Part shown: piece by piece, positions 24,191 to 36,297 of the stretch | Layout: each line of letters begins with the position of its first letter | Numbering within the stretch: the first letter of the stretch is position 1 | Source: Octopus sinensis | Lineage: Eukaryota | NCBI RefSeq assembly: GCF_006345805.1 | Contig: NW_021835147.1 | Span: forward strand, 1-42,691 | Length of the DNA stretch: 42,691 bases | Reading direction: 5' to 3' | Position numbers and translations under genes: made by a program | Notes under the pieces: model-generated | The model's input: only the letters and a program-made list of their open reading frames with translations | What the model was told of the DNA's origin: nothing | Databases searched by the model: none

Positions 24191-25849
24191 ACAAAAAACA
24201 CATAGAGAAAGGTACCATTAAAGTAACATAATTCTGGGCTCCATCATTCTCTTACAAAAATAATAATAATAGTAATAATGTTAATAACGCCCATAATTTG
24301 TGACAAGAGTGATTGATGGGGGTGATAATACAAGCACAAATTACAAAAATAGTGGGGATTTATAAAGGATTGATAATAGAATTTTCTGAAAAATCACGTA
24401 AAAAAAAATAAAGAAAATCAACAACAGGCATAGCTGTGTGTCTATGGAGCTTATTTTGTAACCATGTAGTTTTGAGTTTAGTTCCACCAAGTGGCCACCC
24501 CATGCAAGTGTCTTCTGCTATAGCTTTGGATTGAGCAATGCCTTGTGAGTGAATCTGGTAAAGGGAAACTGTGAAGAATCCTGTCATGCATTCCAGCGCT
24601 TTCACGTGGCACCAGCACAGGTGTTATTTTTTACCTGTCACCAGCATCGACAAGCCTTCAAAGGAAGGACTGCTCAACTGAGAGAGGGACATAGAGGATA
24701 CACCTCTATGTATAGATGGCCACAAGCTTACTGTACGGTAAGAAGCTTGCTTCCCAACCACATGGTTCTGGGTTCAGTCCCATTGTGTGGCACCTTGGGC
24801 TGGTCAGAGCCTTGAGAGTGGATTTGGTAGATAGAAACAAAAAAGCCCATTATACATACATATAGGAGTGGCTGTGTGGTAAGTAGCTTGCTTACAAACC
24901 ACATGGTTCCAGGTTCAGTCCCACTGCGTGGTACCTTGGGCAAGTGTCTTCTACTATAGCCTCGGGCCAACCAAAGCCTTGTGAGTGGATTTGGTAGACA
25001 GAAACTGAAAGAAGCCAGTAGTAAATATATTTATTTTTTTTAGTGCTGAGTTCCGCTTCTGCGCTGTAGATTCGAAAAATTAGAACCTATAGTCACGTGG
25101 CGGGTTATTTATCGCTCCGTGCCTATGTGTTCAGTCCTGGCAACCTACTGAAGAAGCAGCGCCAGATATAGGCTGAAGTTATTTTATTTCAATCTGTATT
25201 TAAGTCTGCAGAAACCTTGCAGGGTCTAGGATTAAGGTAAAAGTTTTTATTTTCCAATCACTTTCGGAATTACAACAACTGGTGGCTTGGAGTTTTAACT
25301 GTCTTCTATATATATATATATATATAACTCAACATGTCTTCTCAAGCACAGCAAACCACCAGAAGTCTCAGTTCCCTATCATCCCCTCTTTGAAGTTCAA
25401 AACCTGAAGACCCTTTCTCACTACTTCCTGGGTCAGCAGAAGTTCGCCATTACCTTCTGCCGGAACCGCGTGGAGCTTAGGTGTTTTGCTCATGAACACA
25501 CATGTCGCCTGGTCTGAGATTCGAACCCGCAATCCCTCGACTGTGAGTCCACTGCTCTAACCACTAGGCCATGTGCCTCCACAAGTCATTGTTTAAGAGA
25601 CATAAATACCTTAGTTGGAAGAAGTAAGGGTTGGTGACAGGAAGGGCATCCAACTGTAGAATACTACCTCAAGAAACTTTGTTTGACCCATAACAGCATG
25701 GAATAAAACAGACATAAAAGGAATGACAACAAAGATGGCGATGGTGGTGGTGGTGGTCATAGTGGTGTATATATTATGTCCTTAGAAGCAGAAGAATGGC
25801 TGCTGTTGCTCTTTTACTGATGGTACCTCATAAATATATAATGGTTAAG

Positions 25850-26420
25850 TGAAAGACTGTGTGTGCATGTATACACACAATCACATGCACACACACAAAT
25901 ATACATAAATACATATATACATGTATGTATATACAAACACATATATGAGTATATATACACACACATATATAAACATATATGCATACACACACACACTTAT
26001 ATGTACGCACACACATATATATGCACACACACACATACAGATACATACATATAATATATAGACATATATGCAGATACACACACACACATATATATATATA
26101 CACACACACATAGATACATACATATAATATAGAGAAATACATGCATACACAGATATGTATACACATATATACATGCACACATATCTATATACATACACAC
26201 ATATATATACTCACACACACACGCATACAGATATATACATATAATAGACATATTTGCATACACACATGCATACACATATAAACATGTAGACACATGTATA
26301 CACATATATACATTTCTACACATGTATACACATATATACATGTCTACACATGTATACACATATATACATAGACAGACAGACACACACACATGCACATACA
26401 CACACACACACACTTGCATG
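25850..26420. repeat. (CA/TA)n compound field
   Basis: Direct reading. Confidence 0.9.
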
Positions 26421-27174
26421 AGAAACAGCAGATTGAGGAAAGTTCTTTGAGATTGTTAGTGTAACAAAAATGTGTGGGTGTGTGTATATATTTATGTATG
26501 TATGTGTATGTGTGTGTGTGTTTGAATGGTTTATTAGCTAGAGAGTTGGGGTATATAAATTTATGGTGTATGTGTGTAAATTGCCAATGTCATTACCAGC
26601 TTTCGGGTCATTAATTATTCACACCTAATCATCATCACCATCATCATCATAATGATGATCAAACACTACTTTTATCATCACCACCACCATCATCATCATC
26701 ATCCTCATCATTGCTATATAATATTTTTCCTAAACATTTCCCATCCACCTCTTCTTCAATTACCACCATCACCGCCATTCTCCCCCTCCTCAAAGGACAC
26801 ACAGACATGAACAATGCCCCATACAGAGACAAGATTGGTTTCTTCAAGACAACAACAATGGAACCTATACTGACAACTAGCGCTATCTAGTGGACAACTT
26901 CAGAAATACAATAACACTACAGTTCATTGCTGCTGCTGTCTTCTTTTAACTCTCACTCATCCAACATTGATCAAGCAGGCATGAAGGAAAGGTATTTGGG
27001 CCATGACTTCCCCATCTATTTAGGCATGTATAGAAATACATTCACCCATGAAATTGCAATCATGGCCATGGCCGGTAGCATGATCTTTGAACAATGAGCC
27101 TCAAGGTGGTGATAATAAGTGACTGAGACCTTTGGCGATATGCTGCGCTTATAATAATAATAATAATGATAATA

Positions 27175-27422
27175 ATAGTGCTCATGGGAACTGCTCATAT
27201 CCTACACAAGATACTTTCTATGTAATCTCAAGGTTTAAAACAAACAACATTTTCGTTTTTTTTTTTAGACATTCACTAGTACAACACCAAAAAAACCCCC
27301 AAATATATGGCACACTAGGCATAACAACAACGTGAACTTCCAACCTTGAGGTCTCTGGGTGAGACTTGGAGCCAACTTGCACAAATATAAGCAAAAGTCA
27401 AACATAGAATAATAATAATAAT
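27175..27422 (+). mobile_element. R4/Dong-type LINE extreme 3' end, flanked by (AAT)n on both sides
   Basis: Encodes VLMGTAHILHKILSM*. The 3' UTR is colinear with 31464-31660. Confidence 0.7.
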
Positions 27423-27846
27423 GAAATTATTGTATACAGTGCTCAAGTGCACCATAACTTGTCAAAAGTGCATACAAAGCATATGCAGTAATGTAGTGTC
27501 ACCTTTATGCAAGCACCCACTACACTCTTGGAGTGGTTGGCATTAGGAAGGGCATCCAGCTGTAGAAACTCTGCCAGATCAGATTGGAGCCTGGTGCAGC
27601 CATCTGGTTTGCCAGGCCTCAGTCAAATCGTCGAACCCATTCTAGCATGGAAAGTGGACATTAAACGATGATGATGATGATAATGATGACCTCCATAAAA
27701 CAGATTAGATCCTCCACCCCACTACATGAAGGAATGGATCCTCCCTACTACAACGCTATGGAATGGAACCTTTACCCTGCCACAAATGGGATGTATCCTT
27801 CATGCCTCCACATAATGGAACTCATCTTCTACCCTACTCCAAAATG

Positions 27847-28480
27847 GAATCATCATCATTGTTTGACCGTGGTCGAGAGAATGGAATTTACTATGTTACA
27901 CCGGACTTCAAAGTCCATCATAGCATTACGGAGGTCTTGTTGCTGGATGCCTGTATCCCTGGAGATTACATCAGGGTAGGAGAGTGTGCGCCCTCTGGTA
28001 TTGCAAGTAGATGGCTTCCAGAGGAGAAGAGTAGAAATTACCTCGTATTCAGCTCTACAACAATGTCCAGCAAACTGGACTCTTCTACCTTTCACAAGAG
28101 ATGATACAGGTGGTATTTTCCCATATATTTGTACTTTGGTTGGATGACGCTTTCACGAGAGATTTTGAGCTCTCATAAGGAGGCGAGTGTAAGTTCCATC
28201 TAACCGCCTCTCAAGCTTCTTTGATAACGTCCAGGTTTCTGAGCCATATAGTAGAATTGGTGCGACTGTGGCTTTGAAGATTTTAAGTTTGAAATCTCTA
28301 CTTAGATTTGATGACCAGATCTTATGCATATCATTACAAGCTGACCAGGCCATACCCGTTCTAGTTAGAAAATCTTTTTCAGATGATGATATGTATGACC
28401 CAAGATATTTGTAATCAGAAACCATATTTAAGAGCGTATTGTTGAAAGTATGGATGATGAAATCACTGTTGGACAAGCAC
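27847..28480 (-). mobile_element. RTE-clade LINE 3' fragment (post-RT region)
   Basis: One frame from 28476 to 27856 with a single premature TGA: YKYLGSYI...AWSACNDMHKIW...ILLYGSETWTL...LDGTYTRLL...RRVQFAGHC. Ends in a TGA-repeat tail. Confidence 0.85.
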
Positions 28481-28984
28481 TAGTTTACATATTCATGTTT
28501 TCCACACCACTATATAAAAAAAACATGTCTGGTAATGGAGACAGGCGAGGGTTTGTGACAGGGAAGGCATCCAGCTGTAGCAAAATCTGCCTTTATAAAC
28601 TCTGATCCATGCAAACATGGAAAAGTGAATGTGAAAAATTATGGTAATGATCATGGCATGGAGAGGCTGGATTCTCTGTACTTCTACATCAGACACATTT
28701 TCCAAAGCACCATACAATGCTTTTCTCTTAATCTTTGTTTTGTTTCTTGTTTTTGAAATTAAATTTTTCGCCAATCCTCGTTTTAGAGGTTTTGAAAAAT
28801 TTGTGCAAGAAGGAGAACAAGAAGAAAAAATTGGTTCTAATTTCAAAATATTTAAACATTCCAACAGATATTTTAAACTTCATTTCAAATAAGCTGAATA
28901 AATCATTTACATAACAAGCACCAAAAAAACACAACAAATATAATAAAAAGCTACAACCAAATGACAACAACAACTACAAAGCCA

Positions 28985-29025
28985 AGGAGAAGAAGAAGAA
29001 GAAGAAGAAGAAGAAGAAGAAGAAG

Positions 29026-29068
<43 letters not shown>

Positions 29069-29181
29069 GTGACAGCCGTAAAAACTCATATTAAATTCAA
29101 GTCAAGTCTACAGTTCATTCCTTCAGCTATAAGAGAAAGGTATCACCAAAAATAACAGGAATGACATAAGAAAGAGTAATG

Positions 29182-29218
<37 letters not shown>

Positions 29219-29268
29219 TAATAATAATAATAATATTAATAATGATGATAATAATGATGATAATAATG

Positions 29269-29300
<32 letters not shown>
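28985..29300. repeat. (GAA)n-(CAA)n and (AAT)n microsatellites
   Basis: Direct reading. Confidence 0.95.
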
Positions 29301-29301
<1 letters not shown>

Positions 29302-29302
<1 letters not shown>

Positions 29303-29854
29303 CCTGATGCAGTACCAGGCAGTGGCTCTCATGGCTTCTGATCTTAACTGATTGGAAGTGTCATCATGTACATTGTTTTATCTTGGTATAAAAGATGGGC
29401 TACAGCAAATATTCTGCTCAATACCACAGATTTGCTTGTCAGTTGTTTGACCTTAACCAGTTGAGCATGTCCCTTATTGGCTGACGATATGTGCATCTCT
29501 GATCATGAGCAGAAGTAGTGGGGGAGCATCATAGCCATGTGTTGAGAGGGATTCTTTGGGGTTTGAATAGTTCACCTCTGGAAACATGGGTGGTTCTTTC
29601 AACATCCTTAAGCAACCCTTATTCAGGGACCGTTTGAGCAGGATGGGCTACTCAACCTGAAGAAAATTCTAACTGGGCCCCACCTGCAAGGTCATGTGCT
29701 GTTTATCTTGATATGAGATCACCATGTCGTGCACATATGGTTGTGATGCATGTGCCTGGTGTACCTTTATCAGACTGGTAGTCATGATGGGTATATTGGG
29801 CTTCGTATATTTTACCCCAGTGTCACTTTGATGGCATGAACTACTCTCTCACTC
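29302..29854. mobile_element. 553-bp (AAT)n-flanked non-coding element, copy 1
   Basis: CCCTGATGCAGTACCAGGC...CTCTCTCACTC with AAT tracts on both sides. The same ends are seen in three copies. Confidence 0.8.
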
Positions 29855-29927
29855 AATAATAATAATATTAATAATGATGATAATAATGATGATAATAATG
29901 ATAATAATAATAATAATAATAATAATG

Positions 29928-29959
<32 letters not shown>

Positions 29960-29960
29960 T

Positions 29961-30515
29961 GCCCTGATGCAGTACCAGGCAGTGGCTCTCGTGGCTTTCT
30001 GATCTTAACTGATTGGAAGCGTTATCATGTACATTGTTTTGTCTTGGTATAAAAGATGGGCTACAGCAAATATTCTGCTCAATACCACAGATTTGCTTGT
30101 CAGTTGTTTGACCTTAACCAGTTGAGCATGTCCCTTATTGGCTGACGATATGTGCATCTCTGATCATGAGCAGAAGTAATGGGGGAGCATCATAGCCATG
30201 TGTTGAGAGGGATTCTTTGGGGTTTGAATAATTCACCTCTGGAAACATGGGTGTTTTGTTCAACATCCTTAAACAACCCTTATTTGGAGACCTTTTGAGC
30301 AGGATGGGTTACTCGACCAGACGAAAATTCTTACTGGGCCCCACCTGCTAGGTCATGTGCTGTTTATCTTGATATGAGATCACCATGTCGTGCACACATG
30401 GTTGTGATGCATGTGCCTGGTTTACCCTTATCAGACAGGTAGTCATGATGGGTATACTAGGCTTCGAATATTTTACCCCGTTGTCACTTTGATGGCATGC
30501 ACTGCTCTCTCACTC
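29961..30515. mobile_element. 553-bp (AAT)n-flanked element, copy 2
   Basis: Colinear with copy 1. Confidence 0.8.
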
Positions 30516-31019
30516 AATAATAATAATAATAATAATGGTTTAAAATTTTGGCACAAGGACAGAAATTTTACAAGTGGGGCTAAGTTGGTTACATTGACCC
30601 CAGTACTCAACTGGTACTTATTTTATCAATTCTGAAAGGAAGAAAGGTAAAGTCGACCCCGGTGGAATTTGAACTCAGGACGTAAGGACAGATGAAATGC
30701 TGCTAAGCATTTTGTCCGGCATGCTAATAATTCTGCCAGCTTACCACCTTAATAATAATAATAATGATAATAATAATCCTTTCTACTATAGGCACAAACC
30801 CTGACATTTTGTGGAAGGGGTCTAGTCTATTACACCGACCCCAGTGTGTCACTGATACTTAATTTATCAACCCCAAAAGGATGAACAGCAAAGTCAGCTT
30901 CAGCCTGATTTGAACTCAGAATATAGCAATGGGCAAACTACCACTCAGCATTTCATCTAGCATGCTAACGATTCTGCCAGCTCACCGCCTTAATAATAAT
31001 AATAATGATAATAATAATA

Positions 31020-31672
31020 ATGACCTACCAAAAACTGAGCAAATAGAAATCAGTAAAATGTGGAACCTGAAGACTAAAACAATACCTATTTCTTTATTAC
31101 CCACAAGGGGCTAAACACAGAGGGGACAAACAAGGACAGACATAGGTATTAAGTCGATTACATCAACCCCAGTGCGTAACTGGTACTTAATTTATCGACC
31201 CCGAAAGGATGAAAGGCAAAGTTGAACTCGGTGGAATTTGAACTCACAACGTAACGCAGACGAAACACCGCTAAGCATTTCGCCGGCACGCTAACGTTTC
31301 TGCCAGCTCGCCTGTTGTCATAGGTGCCCTGGGAATGATAGCGAAGGGGGCTGATTGCTACCTAACTCAGATACCAGGAAACTGGTATGGCAAAATGGTA
31401 GAAATTCAAAAGATAGTGCTCATGGGAACTGCTCATATCCTACGCAAAATACTCTCTATGTAATCCCAAGGTTTAAAACAAACTTTTTTTTTTAATTTAT
31501 GTATTAGATATTCACTAGTACAACACCAAAAAAAAAAACCCCAAATATATGACACTCTAGGCATAACAACGTGAACTTCCAACCTGTTGTCTCTTGAGGT
31601 CTCTGGGTGAGACTTGGAGCCAACTTGTACAAATATAAGGCAAAAGTCAAACATAGAATAATAATAATAATA
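31020..31672 (+). mobile_element. R4/Dong-type LINE 3' fragment interrupted by a SINE (about 31088-31310)
   Basis: IEISKMWNLKTKTIP | SINE | PVVIGALGMIAKG...EIQKIVLMGTAHILRKILSM* (stop 31461-63), with an (AAT)n tail and AAT upstream. Confidence 0.8.
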
Positions 31673-32147
31673 ATAATTACTATTTCAGATTTTTGCCACA
31701 AGATCACCTTGGGGGAAGTGGGGATGATTCAATTTTATCAACCCCGGTGTCCAACTGGTACTTATTTTATCAATCCCGAAAGGAAGAAAGGCAACCCTGG
31801 TGGAATTTGAACTCAGAACATAGCGTTGGGCGAAATACAGTTAAGTATTTCGTCCAGCATGCTAACGATTCTGCCAGCTGGCCACCCTAATGATGATGAT
31901 GATGATGATGATGATAATTATTAATAATAATAATCCTTTCTACTAGAAGCACAGGGCCTCAAATTTTGGGGAAAGGATTAAGTCGATTACATCGACCCTA
32001 GTGTGTCACTGGTACTTATTTAATTGACCATGTAAAGATGAAAGGCAAAGTCGACCTTGGCAGAATTTGAACTCAGAACATAGCGGTAGATGAAATACCA
32101 CAAAGCATTTTGCCTGGTATGCTAAAGATTCAGTCAGCTCACGGACC

Positions 32148-32182
<35 letters not shown>

Positions 32183-32736
32183 GCCCTGATGCAGTACCAG
32201 GCAGTGGCTCTCATGGCTTCTGATCTTAACTGATTGGAAGTGTTATCATGTACATTGTTTTGTCTTGGTATAAAAGATGGGCTACAGCAAATATTCTGCT
32301 CAATACCACAGATTTGCTTGTCAGTTGTTTGACCTTAACCAGTTGAGCATGTCCCTTAGTGGCTGACGATATGTGCATCTCTGATCATGAGCAGAAGTAG
32401 TGGGGGAGCATCATAGCCATGTGTTGAGAGGGATTCTTTGGGGTTTGAATAGTTCACCTCTGGAAACATGGGTGGTTCTTTCAACATCCTTAAACAACCC
32501 TTATTCAAGGACCGTTTGAGCGGGATGGGCTACTCAACCTGAAGAAAATTCTAACTGGGCCCCACCTGCAAGGTCATGTGCTGTTTATCTTGATATGAGA
32601 TCACCATGTCGCGCACATATGGTTGTGATGCATGTGTCTGGTGTACCTTTATCAGACTGGTAGTCATGATGGGTATATTGGGCTTCGTATATTTTACCCC
32701 AGTGTCACTTTGATGGCATGAACTGCTCTCTCACTC
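32183..32736. mobile_element. 553-bp (AAT)n-flanked element, copy 3
   Basis: Colinear; shares diagnostic bases with copy 1. Confidence 0.8.
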
Positions 32737-32984
32737 AATAATAATAATAATAATAATAATAATGATAGTAATAATAATAATGATAATAATAATAATAATA
32801 ATAATAATAGTAATAAAAATAATAAGGATGATAAAGGTAGAATATAAAATGACAAGATGATGATGATGAATGTGACAATGACAATACTGCGTAGTGGCCT
32901 TCATTCATTACATAATGATGAAGGGTAATCATATGAAATAGCACTTGAAATTAATTTCTTATAATGAAAGTTGAGGAAGGACTC

Positions 32985-33020
32985 TGTGTGTGTGTGTGTG
33001 TGAGTGTATATATATATTTA

Positions 33021-33055
<35 letters not shown>

Positions 33056-33480
33056 ATGAATGTGTGTCAGAGCAAGTGAAATGGGGGGAGATGTGTGTTC
33101 GGTGGAGGTAGAAGTGTATAGAATGTAGACAAGTGTGAGTGTGTATATATATATGTATACTTGTCTCACTGTGAGTGTATATATATATATATACTTGTCT
33201 CACTGTGTGCATGTGTGTATATATATATGTATGTATGTCTCACTGTGTGTGTATGCATATATATGTGTTTGTTGTGTGAGTGAATCTGCGTGTGTAAATG
33301 CATGTATGTATACATGCACGTTTGTTGTGTGTATGTATATTTGTGTATATATGTGTTATATGTGTGTGTGTTTGTCATATGTGTGTGTGTGTGTGTGTAT
33401 GTTTGTTGTGTGTGTGTGTATGTTTGTTGTATGTGTGTGTGTGTGTATATATATATATGTGTGTTTGTTGTGCGTGTGTT
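32985..33480. repeat. (GT/TA)n compound field
   Basis: Direct reading. Confidence 0.9.
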
Positions 33481-33896
33481 GAGGGGAAAATAAACACATG
33501 GATATTAATGTAGAAAAACACTTTAAATACACATGCTAATGCAAATGACTTAAAACAGCTATATATAAATATATATACACATATATATACACACACATGT
33601 ATATACACACATGACTGTCGACTGAACATCAAACATTTATGGACTAACACAATGGGAACATATCCAACTGCAAACATACATCCCGCCAATTCCTACCCCC
33701 CTCGTTCACAAATACGTCACACCATGTATGGCTGTTTATTTAGAATTCATGATGTACGGTGAACGAAAAGGAGTTTTTTTTCTCTACTTAGTCCATCATT
33801 AACAGAGCAAAGTTTTGGAAAAATACCAAGTGGAACTTGACAGCAGCCAACTCTCGGCTCGTTTGTGTCAATATGTAATGATGTGTCAATAACGCC

Positions 33897-34440
33897 ACAC
33901 AGACGTGGTTGTGTGGTAAGAAGCTAGCTTCCCAACCACGTGGTTCTGGGTTCAGTCCCCCACTGTGTCTTCTACTATAGCCTTGGGCTGACCAAAGCTT
34001 TAGAAATGAATTTGGCAGATGGAAATTGAAAGAAGCCTGTCGTATAGACACACACACTGCAGTCTGTGTGTATGTGTGTGTGTGTCTATTGCTTTCCAAC
34101 CACATGGTTCTGGGTTCAGTCCCACAGCATGGAACCTTGGGAAAGTGTCTTCTACTATAGCCTTGGGCTGACCAAAGCTTTAGAAATGAATTTAGCAGAT
34201 GGAAATTGAAAGAAGCCTGTCGTATAGACACACACACTGCAGTGTGTGTGCCTGTACACCGTCACCATTTGACAACTAGTGTTGGTGTGTTTACACCTCT
34301 GTAACTTAGCAGTTTGGCAAAAGAAATTGATAGAATTTGTAGCAGGCTTAACAAAAAGTACTGGGGTCAGCTAAAAATTTTTCAAGGTGGTGTTCCAGCA
34401 TGGCCTCAGTCTAATGACCAAAACAAGTAAAAGATAAGAC
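33897..34440 (+). mobile_element. SINE with tandem duplication of its 5' about 180 bp
   Basis: GTCTTCTACTATAGCCTTGGGCTGACCAAAGCTTTAGAAATGAATTT...CACACACTGCAG occurs twice (near 33967 and 34147). Confidence 0.65.
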
Positions 34441-34983
34441 ATAAATCAATAAAACCATACATGGTTACTTGCCCTAATAACAAAATTTCTTCTCGCAAGG
34501 TACAGCCAGCAATCTTTTAAACTGCTAAGATGTGATAGTTATGGCTGAAATGCTCTTGACCAAGGATTGCTGCTTGTTCAGAGCTGGCCTAAGCTGTTAA
34601 AATGCTTGCTTCCCACCCATGTGATCTTGAATTCAGTTCCAACTGTACCGCATAGTGAGTAATTGACTTCAACCCTAGCGTCAGGCTGACCAATGTCTTA
34701 CACACACACACACACATTTATATTAGCCTTGAAGCTGCCCTTTGGGATGTATTCTGGATAACTTCTGTATGTGGCACATTTGAGGCCTTAGGCATCAATA
34801 GGCGGCCCTAAAAACATAGACCCCCCTCCTTAGGGCATTCCCTGGGATTAGAGAAGTTGATGGTTTGAGTTTCATTGTCCTTGCACCAACGGTCTAGGTG
34901 GAATTAATGAACATAAAAACATAATGGACAAAGAAACATCACTCAGATTTATAATAGGGTATGTGGAATACTATTATAATACA

Positions 34984-35830
34984 CTAGCAAAATTGCCCGG
35001 CGTTGCTCGGGGCTGAATTGCTTGAAAGTACTGTTAATGATTGCACTGAATTATGATGATTATTCAGGCAAATATTGATATAAGTTTACGCTGGGAGATA
35101 AGGACTTAACGATCAAACGTGTGCCATTGCATTGTTTTGGGGGAACCAAATTTCTGATGAGCATTATAGGAGCACCAACTTTAAGTTTGAGAATGTGTGG
35201 TGTTAGTCCGGGGTGCTCAAAGGAATTGAGTACCTCTATTGGATAGTTGATGACGTCCTGTGGGTCAGGAGTTGTATTGATAGACTGATATACATAGACT
35301 TCCCCAGGAATGAGTTTTAGCATTTCATCATTAATATGGTGAACAGTTTTATTCCTCGGGACCAGTATAGCCTTTTGGCCAATCCAATCCATATTCTGAT
35401 AATTAGCTTGTAGATCTTGGAACACTGCATCTCTGAGATCAGAAGGCGTCTTAACAATGGTACAAATGGAATCGATGGCAATATTACCATTTTTATCCCC
35501 TGGTATTTTGCCTTCGCCAAGTGCAAGGAGGGTGTGAGGAAATGCTGCTGATGTGATATTACGTCGCATATGAGCACGCATATTGGTGTGAAGTTTGAGA
35601 GTTACTTCCCTTTATTAAAAAAAATATGCATTAAAATGGAAGAAAATGATGGTAAATTATTTGTAAAATCGTAGACTCATCGTAGACGCACGCTAATACC
35701 CAGAAGGGCTCGATATGAATCACGACTATAAGATACTCGGTTTTGGTTAAACTGCATCGCAAAATGTGGGAGTAGTTAGGAGTCTAAATCGGAGTAGACA
35801 GACACACAACCTTTCTTTTATATATAAAGA
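34984..35830 (-). mobile_element. Non-autonomous Helitron carrying a PIF1-like helicase fragment
   Basis: A|TC 5' end at 35830. CCCG-AGCAACGC-CGGG hairpin followed by CTAG|T 3' end at 34984. ORF 35060..35581 has AILVPRNKTV..IN and GLTPHILKLKVGAPIMLIRNL...CNGTRLIV, typical of Helitron PIF1 helicases. Confidence 0.85.
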
Positions 35831-36297
35831 TTTTCGTCCTAAATAACTTTGTATGGATTGAATGGTTACCTCTATGGAAATATATACACGCACATTATAC
35901 ATACATGTGTGTATAGATGTGTATATAAATACATTTAAATATCTATATACACTTTTGGGCGATCTTTCTGCTTCTTAGAGATAACTTTAGATCTTATTTT
36001 CGTCCTAAAAAACTTTGTATGGAGTGAATGGTTACCTCTATGGAAATATATACACACAAATTATACATACATGTTTGTATAGATGAATATATAAATACAT
36101 TTAAATATCTATATACACTTTTGGGCGATCTTTCTGCTACTTGGATATACTTTAGATCTTATATTCGTCCTAAATAACTTTGTATGGAGTGAATGGTTAC
36201 CTCTATGGAAATATATACACACAAATTATACATACATGTGTGTATAGATGAATATATAAATACATTTAAATATTTATATACACTTGTGGGCGATCAC
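35831..36297. repeat. About 165-bp tandem repeat, about 2.8 units
   Basis: The CGTCC anchor occurs at 35835, 36001 and 36166. Confidence 0.85.

Noticed and set aside
23052-24218. Long ORFs (375 aa, 261 aa and others)
   Set aside because: They are translations of TA/CATA microsatellites. The same applies to the ORFs at 2125-2441, 10481-11266, 15361-15804, 25828-26419 and 33018-33513.
27690-27846. Pro/Tyr-rich coding exon (ORFs 27668..27979 and 27763..28104)
   Set aside because: A degenerate about 28-bp tandem tract between two retroposon tails; the ORFs run into antisense RTE sequence.
33620-33790. Promoter (TACGTCA, CCCGCC motifs)
   Set aside because: Short motifs are expected by chance and no linked exon or start site is visible.
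35060-35581. Host PIF1 helicase gene
   Set aside because: A partial domain enclosed by Helitron TC and hairpin-CTAG termini.
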